Below are positions 28,694-39,522 of a stretch of 61,319 nucleotides of DNA, in pieces. The position numbers were made by a program, and so were the translations under genes. The first letter of the stretch is position 1. The number at the start of each line of letters is the position of its first letter. The notes below the pieces were generated by a model. That model saw only the letters and a list, made by a program, of their open reading frames with translations. It did no database searches and was not told the origin of the DNA. The stretch covers positions 1 to 61,319 of the forward strand of contig JAWAEV010000005.1 of assembly GCA_038891095.1 (NCBI GenBank), read 5' to 3'. This DNA is from Candidatus Altiarchaeota archaeon. Its GTDB lineage: Archaea > Altiarchaeota > Altiarchaeia > IMC4 > QMZM01.

Positions 28694-30883
28694 TTAATCC
28701 ATAAATTCTTGTGGTTTTGGAATTTCTCTTGGCAATCCCTTTCTTTCTCTTATTTGTTGTATAATTTTCATTTGTAATTCGTTTGGCAGTGCATCAAATC
28801 CTGCATTCTCTGTTGACCACAATGCATGACCTTCTGATGCCGATCTTATATCACCAGCAAATCCGAAAGATTCAGCTATTGGTAGTATAGCATTAATTGT
28901 CATTAGCTCGTCCTTTTGTTCCATCTCACCAAGAATACCTCTTCTCCTCTGTAATTCTCGATTTACTGAGCTTATATAATCTTGTGGTATATCAATCCAT
29001 ACTTTTTGTATTGGCTCAAGCAATATTGGCTTTGCCATTAGAATACCTGCATAGATTGGTCTTCTGACTGCAGGATAAACCTGTGCTGGGCCACGATGTA
29101 TAGCATCTTCATGGAGTATTGCATCAATTAATTTTACTTTTATTTTTGTGCATGGTTCCTTTGCTAAAGGACCTCCATCCATGACTTCCTCGAATGCGTC
29201 TAATATTAACTCTATAACTTCATCTAAGTGGATTATACCTCGGGTCATATCTAGAAGGATATTACCATGGTAAATATCGATAACTCTCTTAGCTTCTTCA
29301 TTATCCATACCCAAGTCAACTAATTGCGCTCTTATGTCTTTACTTCTATTCTTTCTTCTTCCTTGTTTTATTTCCCCTTCAACAATAGCATTATAGATGC
29401 TCTCCTCTAAAGGCTCAACACTAAAATAAAATTTATTATGTTTGTTTGGAGATTTTCCCTCGATGGTTGGTGATTTTGAAGTCACTGTCTCTCTGTAAAC
29501 AACTATGGGCTTAGAAACATCAATATCTAAACCTCCTGCCTTTATTCTATTTGTTATCACCTCTAAGTGAAGCTCACCCATTCCTGAGAGCAAGTGCTCA
29601 CCAGTTTCTTCATCAATTTTAACACGAAGTGTTGGATCTTGCTTCGCTACACTTCTTAAAACCTCAACAACCTTTGGTAGATCTTTTGTTGATTTTGCTT
29701 CAATTGCCATTGTCACTACAGGCTCAGAAACATACTTTATTCCTTCAAATGGTTCAATTTCTCTATCAGAAATTGTCTCACCAGAGAAAGCATGCTCTAA
29801 ACCAGTTATGCCGAGGATATTACCTGCGGCGATAGCATCTGTTTTAATTCTTGAAGCTCCAGAATAGTAGCTAACTTGCTGCACTCTTTCAGTTGTTTTT
29901 GAGCTTACTAAGTATAAATCTTGTCCTTCTCTGATAGTTCCGGAAAAGAGTCTAACAGTTGCAACTTCGCCTTCTCTTTTATCAAAAACAGTTATATTTG
30001 TTACCATTCCTGCTACTGGACCATTAGGGTCGCAATTTAACATAGCTTTCCCGACATCGCTTTCAATGTCTCCTTTCCATATTCTCGGAATTCTTAGCTT
30101 TTGCGCTTTAACAGGGTCAGGCAGATGCTTTATAACCATATCAAGAACAATCTCAGCAGCAGGAGCTTTATTAGCAAGTTCCTTCTGCTTATTATTTAGA
30201 CAAGCATCAATAATGTCTTTGAATGTAATTCCCGTTTTTTTCATATAAGGCACAGAAATTGCCCAATTATGATATGCTGAACCAAAAGCAACACTTCCTT
30301 TTTCAACTGAAACTTCCCAGTTTACACCTTCTGGCTGTCTTTGTTTTATTATCTTATTAACTTCTGTTATTGTCTTTATAAATCTCTTCTGTAACTCTTC
30401 TGGGGTCAATTTCAATTCAGTTATAAGTCTATCCGTTTTATTTATGAAAAGAACTGGCTGAACTCTTTCCCTTAATGCTTGCAATAGATTTGTCTTTGTT
30501 TGTGGCATGACACCTTCAACAGCACATACAACAAGAACAACACCATCAACTGCTCTCATAGCTCTTGTTACATCTCCTCCAAAATCAACATGCCCAGGAG
30601 TGTCAATAAGATTAACTAAATAATCTTCGCCCTCATACTCGTGAACCATTGAAACATTTGATGCATTAATTGTTATCCCTCTCTCTCTTTCATCTTCATG
30701 GAAATCTAAAGCCAATTGCTTTCCAGCCATTTCACTTGAGATTAAACCAGCGTGTGAAAGTAAATTATCTGATAGCGTTGTTTTTCCGTGGTCAATATGT
30801 GCAACTATACCAATATTTCTAACTCTTTCGATTTTTTTTGTTAGTTCTCCTATCTTTTTAATCCTTTCTTCTATTTTGCCCAT
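28694..30883 (-). CDS. fusA: Elongation factor EF-2
   Basis: [32 protein letters not shown] diphthamide motif. Confidence 0.98.
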   Translation of the reverse strand: MGKIEERIKKIGELTKKIERVRNIGIVAHIDHGKTTLSDNLLSHAGLISSEMAGKQLALDFHEDERERGITINASNVSMVHEYEGEDYLVNLIDTPGHVDFGGDVTRAMRAVDGVVLVVCAVEGVMPQTKTNLLQALRERVQPVLFINKTDRLITELKLTPEELQKRFIKTITEVNKIIKQRQPEGVNWEVSVEKGSVAFGSAYHNWAISVPYMKKTGITFKDIIDACLNNKQKELANKAPAAEIVLDMVIKHLPDPVKAQKLRIPRIWKGDIESDVGKAMLNCDPNGPVAGMVTNITVFDKREGEVATVRLFSGTIREGQDLYLVSSKTTERVQQVSYYSGASRIKTDAIAAGNILGITGLEHAFSGETISDREIEPFEGIKYVSEPVVTMAIEAKSTKDLPKVVEVLRSVAKQDPTLRVKIDEETGEHLLSGMGELHLEVITNRIKAGGLDIDVSKPIVVYRETVTSKSPTIEGKSPNKHNKFYFSVEPLEESIYNAIVEGEIKQGRRKNRSKDIRAQLVDLGMDNEEAKRVIDIYHGNILLDMTRGIIHLDEVIELILDAFEEVMDGGPLAKEPCTKIKVKLIDAILHEDAIHRGPAQVYPAVRRPIYAGILMAKPILLEPIQKVWIDIPQDYISSVNRELQRRRGILGEMEQKDELMTINAILPIAESFGFAGDIRSASEGHALWSTENAGFDALPNELQMKIIQQIRERKGLPREIPKPQEFMD

Positions 30884-30884
30884 T

Positions 30885-31526
30885 TTATCTTGAAGATTGT
30901 GCTATTCTCTCAACCTCCTCCTTTCTCTGAATTGCATAACTTTTTGTGTCAGATGTTGAAGCATATATGATCTCATCAGCTAATGCTTCTTCAATTGATT
31001 TTTTTGAATTGAACGCTGTTGAAAATGCTCCTAAAGCAATGTAACGCAATGCAAAGTCAACTCTTCTTTGAGGAGGGACATCAATAGCTTGGTGATAACG
31101 AATTCCACCATAGATTATTGTTGTTGTCTCTTCTCTTGGACCTGCATTTTTTATTGCATTAACAAGAACTTGAACTGGGTTTTTATTTGTTCTTTTTTCT
31201 ATAATTTCAAATGCTTTTTCGACAATTTTCATTGCATTTTGTTTATTTCCAGTATTGCCACCACCTCTAATAAACTTTCCTGAAATTTTTCTTTTTCCTT
31301 GTCCAGATCGCATCAATTTATTTATAAGCCTCTCGACTATGTTCATCCTATTTTTGCTAAATTGTTTTCCAGTGTGTCTACCTGCTGTATGAGGTATATA
31401 CACCGGAGCTAAGCAAATATAGCTTGATAATGCCTCATCATCAACCTTGACATTTTTCATGTCCCATTTGCCAAAAAGTTTCATTTCTTCCCTTCCAGTT
31501 TTCTCAACTTTTATATTCTCTTCCAT
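30885..31526 (-). CDS. rpsG: Ribosomal protein uS7
   Basis: [38 protein letters not shown]. Confidence 0.96.
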   Translation of the reverse strand: MEENIKVEKTGREEMKLFGKWDMKNVKVDDEALSSYICLAPVYIPHTAGRHTGKQFSKNRMNIVERLINKLMRSGQGKRKISGKFIRGGGNTGNKQNAMKIVEKAFEIIEKRTNKNPVQVLVNAIKNAGPREETTTIIYGGIRYHQAIDVPPQRRVDFALRYIALGAFSTAFNSKKSIEEALADEIIYASTSDTKSYAIQRKEEVERIAQSSR

Positions 31527-31551
31527 TTCTATAATCCTCTCACTTAAATCC

Positions 31552-31683
31552 TTAACTATATTTTTTAAACCCTATATGTGGAGCAATTTCTCTAAAGCAT
31601 CTTCTGCAGATATTTAAATTATATTTATGGATAACTCCATCTTGTGCTCCACAGACAGTGCACCTAAGATACTTCGCATCCAT
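31552..31683 (-). CDS. rpsN: Ribosomal protein uS14 (Zn-binding, 43 aa)
   Basis: Below ORF-track cutoff; [43 protein letters not shown], directly after uL5. Confidence 0.93.
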   Translation of the reverse strand: MDAKYLRCTVCGAQDGVIHKYNLNICRRCFREIAPHIGFKKYS

Positions 31684-31696
31684 TAGCTTATTTTTT

Positions 31697-32239
31697 TTAT
31701 TCAATTTTGACACCAAATTTTTTTTCAATAAAATTTATTGCTTCTTCTCTTGTTATTCTAACTCTGTTAGGAATTCTTGCTCCTCTACCTCTAAATTTTT
31801 TCCTTTTTATGTTAAATCCTGGTCTTTCCAAATGAACGCAAATGTCCATACCAAAAATTCCAATTTCAGGATCATATTTTATATCAGGAAAATCGATATA
31901 CTCCTTAATCCCAAATGAAAAATTTCCTTTATCATCAAAATTTTTCTTTAAAATTTTGTTATCCCTCGCAATAAATGCCCTCCTCAGAAACTCTTCTGCT
32001 ATTTTTCCTCTTAAAGTTACTTTACAACCAATTTGCTCTCTCTTCTTTATATTCCATGCAGGTATTTTATGCTTTGCGATTGTTCTTGATGGTTTTCTTT
32101 TTGTGAGTTTCTCTAATAATTTTTCAGCTCTTACTAATTTCTCTCCGGATTCACCTGCGCCTATATTAACAACAACTTTCTCTATTCTTGGAATTTGCAT
32201 AACATTCTTGTATTCAAATTTTTCCATAGGGGCTTCCAT
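31697..32239 (-). CDS. rplE: Ribosomal protein uL5
   Basis: [35 protein letters not shown]. Confidence 0.96.
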   Translation of the reverse strand: MEAPMEKFEYKNVMQIPRIEKVVVNIGAGESGEKLVRAEKLLEKLTKRKPSRTIAKHKIPAWNIKKREQIGCKVTLRGKIAEEFLRRAFIARDNKILKKNFDDKGNFSFGIKEYIDFPDIKYDPEIGIFGMDICVHLERPGFNIKRKKFRGRGARIPNRVRITREEAINFIEKKFGVKIE

Positions 32240-32240
32240 T

Positions 32241-32918
32241 TTACTCTATTGATATCAGTGGTTTTTTCTCACCAATAACAAAGATATAGTCTGTTAATGT
32301 CTGAATTTCGCCAATTTTTGTTATTGACCTTTTCATTTGTGTGCTCTCAGTAATTTCTGAAATTTCAGAGATATAACCTGCATGCACACCATGAGTAACT
32401 AAACCTATATTTCCTTTCTTTAGATTTAACAATGAATGAATTTTCATATCAGGCAACTCAAAGACCACAGTATCTTTAATTTTAAATTTTTTCCCTTCCT
32501 CATTATTAATGAGTATCGTTGTGCTATCATGAAAGCCAATCTGCATTTTTTCTTTGCTAATAACAACTTTCTTTGTTATTTTGCATGGCTTTAAATTTGC
32601 CTCGTTTTTGTCAATTTCCCTTAAGTAAAGCCCTTTTTTATTTGGTAAGACTCTATAGAATTTTCCTATTTTTGGGATTTCAATAATATCCATTAAACCA
32701 ACTGCAAATCTTGGATCTTTTCTTGGCTTTTTATCAACTAGGATATTACCATTAGTTATTAGTATGTCTGCTTCTCTTGCAGTGTCTGCAAAATGGAGAA
32801 TATCTCTTACAATCTCTCTAAGGGTTATGCTCTCATTTCTTTTATGCCTACCTGGCCTTGGAGTAGTGATCCACTTTGGTTTTTTTCCTTTGCCTATAGA
32901 TATCCTTTTTGTATGCAT
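32241..32918 (-). CDS. rps4e: Ribosomal protein eS4
   Basis: H.KR, PRPGRH, FAVGLMDII, YIFVIG. Confidence 0.93.
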   Translation of the reverse strand: MHTKRISIGKGKKPKWITTPRPGRHKRNESITLREIVRDILHFADTAREADILITNGNILVDKKPRKDPRFAVGLMDIIEIPKIGKFYRVLPNKKGLYLREIDKNEANLKPCKITKKVVISKEKMQIGFHDSTTILINNEEGKKFKIKDTVVFELPDMKIHSLLNLKKGNIGLVTHGVHAGYISEISEITESTQMKRSITKIGEIQTLTDYIFVIGEKKPLISIE

Positions 32919-32927
32919 TTTAAAAAT

Positions 32928-33377
32928 TTATCTTTGATTTAAATTTTTTTCTTTATTTTTCTCTATCCCTTCTATCTTTTCCTCTTTAACTGATAATTTT
33001 CTTTCAAGAATTGCTCTTCTTTTGCTGTCTTCCATATAAAGAGAAGTTATCATAACATTTGAAGGATGTATTGGCCTTGGGACTTCTTCACCAGATGCTT
33101 TCTTTATTGTTATGCCATCAATATAAATTTTATATTTTTTAGTATCAACTCTCATAACTTCACCTATCTTACCCTTATGCTCTCCCCGCATTACTTTAAC
33201 TTTATCTCCCTTTCTCACTGGTAAATTTCTCCTCTTGTATTTCTCCCTAAGTTCTTTGCTTAATGTTGCTGAAATCATCTTCCTGCGCTTATGAAGAGGT
33301 GCTTCTCTTAAAAATTTTCTTTTCTTTCTTTGTAATTTGGATTTTGGTACTGAAGTCATTTTAAATTTAAACAACAA
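32928..33377 (-). CDS. rplX: Ribosomal protein uL24
   Basis: [26 protein letters not shown]; likely start ATG 33359. Confidence 0.95.
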   Translation of the reverse strand: MLFKFKMTSVPKSKLQRKKRKFLREAPLHKRRKMISATLSKELREKYKRRNLPVRKGDKVKVMRGEHKGKIGEVMRVDTKKYKIYIDGITIKKASGEEVPRPIHPSNVMITSLYMEDSKRRAILERKLSVKEEKIEGIEKNKEKNLNQR

Positions 33378-33804
33378 TACTTGCTATGCTACCTATCTTA
33401 GTCCACCTCTCTATTGCCTCTCTTGCAACTGCGCCTTTTATTTCTGTACCCTTTGGTGAGCCATCATCTCCAACAATCACTGCTGCATTATCCTCAAACC
33501 TTATTCTAGAGCCATCATATCGTTTATACTCTTTTTTCTGTCTTATAATTACTGCTAATACAACTTGTTTCCTTATCTCTGGCTTGCCTTTTTTTACTGT
33601 AGTTACAACTAAATCTGCAACTCCTGCCCTTGGATAGCGCCTTCTAACTCCTCTATAGCCTCTAACCGAAATTATCTCCAATTCTTTTGCTCCAGTATTA
33701 TCTGCACATGTCAACCTTGAGCCATTATGTAATGCCTTTGTAATTCTCGTTGTTAGTGCTTTCCCCAAAGGTAAATTTTTACTTAATCCAAGAGGTTTTG
33801 CCAT
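33367..33804 (-). CDS. rplN: Ribosomal protein uL14
   Basis: [24 protein letters not shown]. Confidence 0.96.
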   Translation of the reverse strand: MAKPLGLSKNLPLGKALTTRITKALHNGSRLTCADNTGAKELEIISVRGYRGVRRRYPRAGVADLVVTTVKKGKPEIRKQVVLAVIIRQKKEYKRYDGSRIRFEDNAAVIVGDDGSPKGTEIKGAVAREAIERWTKIGSIASIVV

Positions 33805-33813
33805 TTTTAACCA

Positions 33814-34110
33814 TTACTTTAATTTCTCTATAACAACAAAACTTTTTCTCTTTGATAATTTCCTACATTCTGCTATTTTTACTCTATCTCCAACTTTTGC
33901 ATTTATGCATTGTGGATTATGAGCCAAAATTTTTGATCTTCTAAGCAAGTATCGCTCATATTTCTTTGACTTTACAGGGTATTCCCTTGTAATAACAACT
34001 GTCCTCTGCATTCTATCAGATGTTACGATGCCTTCAAATACCATGCCTCTTATTGGCAATTTACCATGAATTGGGCATTTAATATCATTACACTCTGCCA
34101 TTTTAATCAA
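33814..34110 (-). CDS. rpsQ: Ribosomal protein uS17
   Basis: [25 protein letters not shown]; likely start ATG 34101. Confidence 0.95.
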   Translation of the reverse strand: MIKMAECNDIKCPIHGKLPIRGMVFEGIVTSDRMQRTVVITREYPVKSKKYERYLLRRSKILAHNPQCINAKVGDRVKIAECRKLSKRKSFVVIEKLK

Positions 34111-34218
34111 CTGCTCTTAATTAAATTGAAAATGTAATAAATTAATAGAAACTTCATATAAAAGTAAAATAAAGAATTTAGAGTATAGAATTAAATAATA
34201 GAAATTTTAGATATATCT

Positions 34219-35085
34219 ATGAAAATTAAGGCTAACCCTCTCTTTGAGAAAATAAAAATTTTTTTTGAACTTAGCAGGATAAGAAATTGTGCTATTGGTT
34301 TTTTTGCAATTTTTGTTGTTGCATTCTTTTTAAATTATAACTTCTTAGAGAAATCAATGAAACTTCTTCTTGCCGGATTGTCGCTTTTCTTTATTATGGC
34401 TGCCGGTAATATGATAAATGATTACTTTGATTTTCAAGTAGATAATGTAAATAAAAAATTTAAACCAATACCTTCTGGAAAGATAAAAAGAGATTATGTT
34501 CTAGCACTGTCAGCAATTTTTTTCATTCTTGGAATTTTATTAGCATTTTATATAAATTCGAATTGTGCTACACTTGCAACATTTAACTCTTTAATTCTTG
34601 TTTTTTATGCTAAATTTTCAAAAAAACTTATTTTTATTTCAAATTTTATTATTGCCTACTTAACAGCTTCTATATTCATATTTGCTTTATTTTCAACAGA
34701 AACAGAGCTCAAAGTTGAAAATTTTAGATTATTGTCAATTCTTACAGCAAGTGCTTTTCTAATGACACTTTCAAGGGAGATTGTGAAAGATATTGAAGAT
34801 GAAAAAGCTGATAAGGTAATAGGTGGAATTTCAATACCGATAAAATTTGGCAATAAAATAGCAAGAAACATTGCAATAATTTTTGCTCTTTCAGCAGTAT
34901 TGGTAAGTTTTCTACCATTCTTTATTTTGAAAGAAAATTTTAATCTTTTCTACTATGGAACTTTGATTTTTCTTGCAAATGCAATTTTTTTAATTTCTTT
35001 TAGGATGAAACCAGAAAAAACGCAGAGGATTATGATTTTAGGAATGTTTCTTGCTCTGATAGCTTTTTTTGTTGGAAAATTCTAA
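34219..35085 (+). CDS. UbiA prenyltransferase, DGGGP synthase-like
   Basis: NDYFD...D..N...PIPSG and REIVKDIED...D Asp-rich motifs, multiple TMs. Confidence 0.85.
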   Translation: MKIKANPLFEKIKIFFELSRIRNCAIGFFAIFVVAFFLNYNFLEKSMKLLLAGLSLFFIMAAGNMINDYFDFQVDNVNKKFKPIPSGKIKRDYVLALSAIFFILGILLAFYINSNCATLATFNSLILVFYAKFSKKLIFISNFIIAYLTASIFIFALFSTETELKVENFRLLSILTASAFLMTLSREIVKDIEDEKADKVIGGISIPIKFGNKIARNIAIIFALSAVLVSFLPFFILKENFNLFYYGTLIFLANAIFLISFRMKPEKTQRIMILGMFLALIAFFVGKF

Positions 35086-35288
35086 GTTTTAAGCTTTTTT
35101 CTCAATTTAGAATAAATAACAAAAGTTAAAGGATAATTTTGCTTAAAAATGAATTTCTATCCTATGATCTGAGAAATCCCCAATGGAGAAGGGACATTCA
35201 ACGCCTTTTTGTTTTTACTTTTGATTATTAGTATCATTGCCTATGCTTAATAAGCAATACCCTTCTAAATGGAGAAGGGCAAAAGATT

Positions 35289-35903
35289 TTAATATTCTAA
35301 AAATATTATATCGCAGTTTGACATCTTTTGATAGAATTCAAATTCTGGCCTTATTTTATTTGATTCAAAAAGAGCAGTATCTAAACCATGCCAAAATAGA
35401 AACCAACCTGCGGGCTCAAGTATTACTACTATTAAAGACATAAGAAAGTTCTTCTCTTCTGGTTGATTAAAAAGTACTGTGGTTGCTAAAACCATAAGCA
35501 AAATTCCAAAAAGAGTAAACAAAATGCCCTTTTTTTTCACATTCTCTATTTCCCTACCGAGTAAATTCGAGTGTTTTCTGAAATGATCCCTCAATCTTCT
35601 TTTTATAATTTTCTCTTTGCTTTCATCTCTATTGTGTTTTGGAATTAAAAGTTTCAATTCTATCATCCCAGATGCTTTGCCTCTGCTAGCTTTTTTAGCT
35701 TCTGAAAGAAAATCATCTGAAAGTGCTCTCTCTGAATATGGTCTTGGATCAAAATCAGAGAAGATATCATCATAACTATCAAGCCATAGACTTATCTCTG
35801 ACATTCTAAGAAGAGCTTCAGCATTTTTCTTGTTAAGTGAGTTTTCATGATGTAGTGTCTCCTTAGCTACTTCATTTAAATCTTGATCTATTGCCTCACT
35901 CAT
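35289..35903 (-). CDS. Hypothetical membrane protein
   Basis: 204 aa, two C-terminal TMs; YDDIFSDFDPRP motif. Confidence 0.65.
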   Translation of the reverse strand: MSEAIDQDLNEVAKETLHHENSLNKKNAEALLRMSEISLWLDSYDDIFSDFDPRPYSERALSDDFLSEAKKASRGKASGMIELKLLIPKHNRDESKEKIIKRRLRDHFRKHSNLLGREIENVKKKGILFTLFGILLMVLATTVLFNQPEEKNFLMSLIVVILEPAGWFLFWHGLDTALFESNKIRPEFEFYQKMSNCDIIFLEY

Positions 35904-36054
35904 TTTATTTATTTAATTAACAAGAAAATTTGGTTCATATAAATTTTCTATGAGATATTATTATATTAGCTCTGAAACTAATTTATCTATTTAGACATAA
36001 AGCCAAATCACTATCCTTCATTAAAAATAAGGTATCAAAAAAATTGAGATTAAT

Positions 36055-36128
36055 GCCTCAGTAGCTCAGTCGGTTAGAGCGCATGCTTGGTAAGCATGAG
36101 GTCACGGGTTCAATTCCCGTCTGAGGCT
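36055..36128 (+). tRNA. tRNA-Thr (GGT)
   Basis: GCCTCAG...CATGC-TTGGTAA-GCATG...GGTTCAATTCC...CTGAGGCT cloverleaf. Confidence 0.95.
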
Positions 36129-36196
36129 TAACTTTTAAAGTTTAAAGCCCCCTATTATATTAATTATCTGTCCAATTCCCTGGAGATAAAAAGAAA

Positions 36197-36427
36197 ATGG
36201 AAAAAAATCCAGGGAATGTTAGTATTGATATCCATGATAGGATTAAAAAGTTAGATAGTCTTAAAAGAATTTTACTGAAGTCTAAAATCTGTGAGAAAAA
36301 TAAAAAACTGATTCTTGATTATGTAAAGCATAGAGATGTTAAATATCCCAGACTTGAGTTTGAGTCTAATGACAAATTGTTAGTTATTTTACCTTATAAT
36401 ATTTACAATGAAAAGAACTTCTCATAA
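36197..36427 (+). pseudogene. Probable integrase N-terminal remnant fused to YgjP fragment
   Basis: Position next to tRNA; DIH...KL...I..SKICEKNKKLIL resembles N-termini of archaeal tyrosine integrases; continues into RDVKYPRLEF. Confidence 0.45.
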
Positions 36428-36989
36428 AAAAAGAAGACTGGACATGGAAAAAATTGAAGGTAATTAGGCATCACCTTGAAAAATTTAAGAAATATGAAAA
36501 AGAGATTAAGAATAAAAACTTAATTTTTGGAAAATTTATGATATAGTTTATTCTAAAGGAAAATACAATATTAGGATAAATAAAAGTAAAATAGAGATTT
36601 CAGCACCAAGTAAAAATTCAGCTGTTGTGTATCTAAAAAAATGGTTGAAAAAACAACTGTTAAATAAAATAGTTTCTTATTTAAATAAGTTCTCAAGTGA
36701 ATTGGATATTAAATATAATAGTGTATTTATCAGAACACAAAAAACAAAATGGGCAAGTTGCTCCTCAAGAAGTAATTTAAGTTTTAACATAAAGATTGCT
36801 TCTCTACCAGAGGAATTAATAGAATATGCAGTTCTGCATGAAGCAGTCCATTTGAAAGAAGATAAACATAACAAAAACTTTTGGAAAATTGTAAAGGCAC
36901 AATATCCAGATTATAAAGAAAAAGAGTCTTTACTTGCTGGATTTTGGTTTTTAATTAAAAGAAATGGCTCATTGATTAGAGGTATTTAA
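36330..36989 (+). pseudogene. YgjP-like (DUF45/M48) metallohydrolase, frameshifted
   Basis: Fragments in different frames: VKYPRLEF, KEDWTWKKL, QKTKWASCS, YAVLHEAVHL...H...FW. Confidence 0.75.
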
Positions 36990-37120
36990 ATTTTTATCTC
37001 ACATTCTTTCTCTGTGAACTTTTTTAATTTAAAATTTAATTTTATACTCTCGTATTCTCCTTCTTTTTCTAAGAAATTTTAGTATATTCCTTATTGTAGC
37101 CTCCAAAGCAAATTCTTTTG

Positions 37121-37791
37121 AAAATTTTACAAAGATTAATTCCAAAAGGAAAGAAAAGTGAGGAATGGAAAGAAGTAAGGAGAGAGACTATGCTGGAATT
37201 GGTTGAAGAGATTAAAGAGAGGTTAGGAATAAAAAGCTTATTTTAATGTTGGATGAGATCCATACTTTAACAGCAACTGCTTCATTTCATTATTATGAAT
37301 TGATGCAAGAGAAGAACATAATATTTTTCACAGCCGGAACTAAAAAATATTTAGCAAATAAATTTGAGAAAGCTGAGTTGAAAAGGTTCCTTTGGGATTT
37401 GAAGCAGGTTGAGTTAACACCTTTAACTAAAGAAGAAGCTGATGAGCTTATAGAAAAATTTTATCAAGATTATAAAATTCCTAAGAGTATAAGTACTGAA
37501 AGGGTGAAGAAATAGATTTTGCAAAACTCCGGAGGAAATCCTTTAGGGATAGAGAGAGCAGTTGAAGATTTAGCAAAGGAGAATGAAATTGAGAATTTTG
37601 ATTTAGTGAAACATGGGGCAGTTCAAGATGTTGGAGTTAATCTGTTTCCTGTATTTATTATCTTGTTGATGGTAGTGGTTGCTTGGAGATTTTTAGCAAG
37701 AGGAGCAGGGGATATCGACTTATATGCTTTAACAGGATTTTTTGGGGGTTCTCCTCTATGTTATTTCAAGGTTCTTGATGTACAGGTATAA
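37121..37791 (+). pseudogene. P-loop/AAA ATPase C-terminal part with TM tail, disrupted
   Basis: Walker B-like LILMLDE across a frameshift, LTPLTKEEA, in-frame TAG at 37513-37515, SGGNP, hydrophobic tail; no Walker A. Confidence 0.6.
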
Positions 37792-37840
37792 AAAATAGAA
37801 GGAGGACTTGATATTTATATATGGTATGTTAAATATATAG

Positions 37841-38098
37841 TTGTCATACCAAAAAATGGAATCTACCATATTTACTGTAAGGTTGAAAGGAGACGTTGCA
37901 GAAGTTGTTAATGAATTAGTTAAGAGAGGTTACTCTGAGTCTAAGACAGAAGCAATTAGAACTTCTTTAGTTTTCTATGGAATACAATTGGGTTTAATCT
38001 CCCCTAAAAGATTGCATAAAAAAGTTTTGGAGAAGATGGAAAAAAGCGGAAAAAGCTATACTGATAAAGAGATTGAAAAACAACTTAAAAATCTTTGA
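37841..38098 (+). CDS. RHH/CopG-type antitoxin (VapB-like)
   Basis: FTVRL...ELVKRGY.ESKTEAIR; likely start ATG 37856; upstream of PIN gene. Confidence 0.8.
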   Translation: MSYQKMESTIFTVRLKGDVAEVVNELVKRGYSESKTEAIRTSLVFYGIQLGLISPKRLHKKVLEKMEKSGKSYTDKEIEKQLKNL

Positions 38099-38529
38099 AG
38101 AGAATGAGACTGAGAGTATTTTTAGACTCGAATGTCTTTATCTGGGGTTATTCTAGACCAACTTCAAATTCCGCAAAAATTCTTGAATTGATGAACGAAG
38201 GTAAAATAACAGTGATTGTCTCTGAAAAAGTTTTGGAAGAACTAAGAACTTATTTCGTTACATACTATAACAAAGATGTTTGGTCAAGTGTTTTTACCCA
38301 TTTATCTTCTTTAGTTAGAATAGTTTTTAGAGAGGATATAAAAAATGAAGTGAGGAAATGGAAAGGAAAGATAAAAGAAAGAGATGTTGAGCATTTAGCA
38401 ACTGTAAAAATGCTAGGGTTAAGATACCTTATCTCATATGACAGACACTTCAAGAAATTTATAGAGCATAAAACTCCAAAAGAATTTATAAAAGAACTTG
38501 GGTTAAAAGAAAGCAATACTGAATATTGA
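38095..38529 (+). CDS. PIN-domain toxin (VapC-like)
   Basis: VFLDSNVF, SEKVLEEL, D..HLA, LISYDRHF. Confidence 0.88.
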   Translation: MKRMRLRVFLDSNVFIWGYSRPTSNSAKILELMNEGKITVIVSEKVLEELRTYFVTYYNKDVWSSVFTHLSSLVRIVFREDIKNEVRKWKGKIKERDVEHLATVKMLGLRYLISYDRHFKKFIEHKTPKEFIKELGLKESNTEY

Positions 38530-38599
38530 AAAAAGCTAAATAAATTTTTCGTTTGTGTTTTTATTTTTTTATTTCACGATAGATATTTATATAAGCAAT

Positions 38600-38656
38600 T
38601 CTATAAATTAGTAATAAGGGATTGAACTCTATAAATTAGTAATAAGGGATTGAACT
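38600..38656. repeat. Perfect 28-bp tandem duplication
   Basis: CTATAAATTAGTAATAAGGGATTGAACT twice, no spacer. Confidence 0.9.
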
Positions 38657-38751
38657 TTTAAGAGGGCTCCCGTCTGAGGCTCTGAATAAGAGTTAAGATT
38701 TTTTCTGAATTAAAAAATTTAATATAGATAGATAAAATTTTGTCTTGTAAC

Positions 38752-39522
38752 TCAAACTTTCATCCTCTCAAAGGCATATATTCCAAGTAAGAGTATAAAA
38801 ACTGAGAATATAGTTACTACTGAGAAATCAAAAAGGATAGGAAAGTGAGAGATTCCCAATAAAATCCCTCTTAGAGCATCAACTGAATATGTAATGGGAT
38901 CTATAAAAACAAAAGGTGAGAGCCATTCTGGTAGATTATCTATTGGGAAAAGTGCTCCTGAAAGGAAGAACATTGGAAAAATTACAAAACTTCCAATTAA
39001 CTGGAAACCTTCTGGACTTTCCATTTGCGAGCCGAGAATGAGGCCTATACTAACTAAACTTATTGTTGTTATAAAAAGAATAATTATGCTAAGAAAAACT
39101 GAAATTAAATTGAAATTAACTCCTTTCATTAATCCAATTGAATTGAAAATAAAACCAATTAAGAGCAATACACTCAACTGCATAAAAGTATCTGTAGCAC
39201 CACCAATTACTTTTCCAATAAAAATTGATGTTCTTGAAATTGGGGCAACTAAAACCTCCTTAAGGAAATCTATTTTTCTATCCCATACAATATAAACCCC
39301 ATAAAAAATTGAAGAAAATAATGTTGCCTGAATTAAAATCCCTGGATAGAGAAAAGTCTGATAATTTATGCCATTAAATGAAACTACTGAACCAATACCA
39401 CTGCCAATAATCACAAACCATAAAAGAGGATTTACTATTGATGCAACAACCCTTGACCTCTCTCTTAAAAAAACTTTTAGTTCACGGTACCATAAAGCAT
39501 AAATTCCCTTCAGCTCATTCAT
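38752..39522 (-). CDS. ABC-2 type exporter permease (DrrB-like)
   Basis: FLKEVLVAPISR, FLSGALFP, PITYSVDALR. Confidence 0.9.
   Translation of the reverse strand: MNELKGIYALWYRELKVFLRERSRVVASIVNPLLWFVIIGSGIGSVVSFNGINYQTFLYPGILIQATLFSSIFYGVYIVWDRKIDFLKEVLVAPISRTSIFIGKVIGGATDTFMQLSVLLLIGFIFNSIGLMKGVNFNLISVFLSIIILFITTISLVSIGLILGSQMESPEGFQLIGSFVIFPMFFLSGALFPIDNLPEWLSPFVFIDPITYSVDALRGILLGISHFPILFDFSVVTIFSVFILLLGIYAFERMKV

Larger units (their letters stand above)
36115..38681. mobile_element. Decayed integrative element at tRNA-Thr 3' end
   Basis: 14-bp direct repeat TCCCGTCTGAGGCT at 36115-36128 (tRNA 3' end) and 38668-38681 flanking pseudogenes and a TA pair. Confidence 0.8.

Noticed and set aside
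31577-31653. 9-bp inverted repeat TGTGGAGCA/TGCTCCACA as intergenic RNA element
   Set aside because: Lies within the uS14 coding sequence
37513-37515. In-frame TAG as pyrrolysine or recoding
   Set aside because: The same gene has a frameshift and lacks its 5' part; TAG is a normal stop elsewhere in the window
38600-38656. CRISPR array
   Set aside because: Two abutting copies with no spacer
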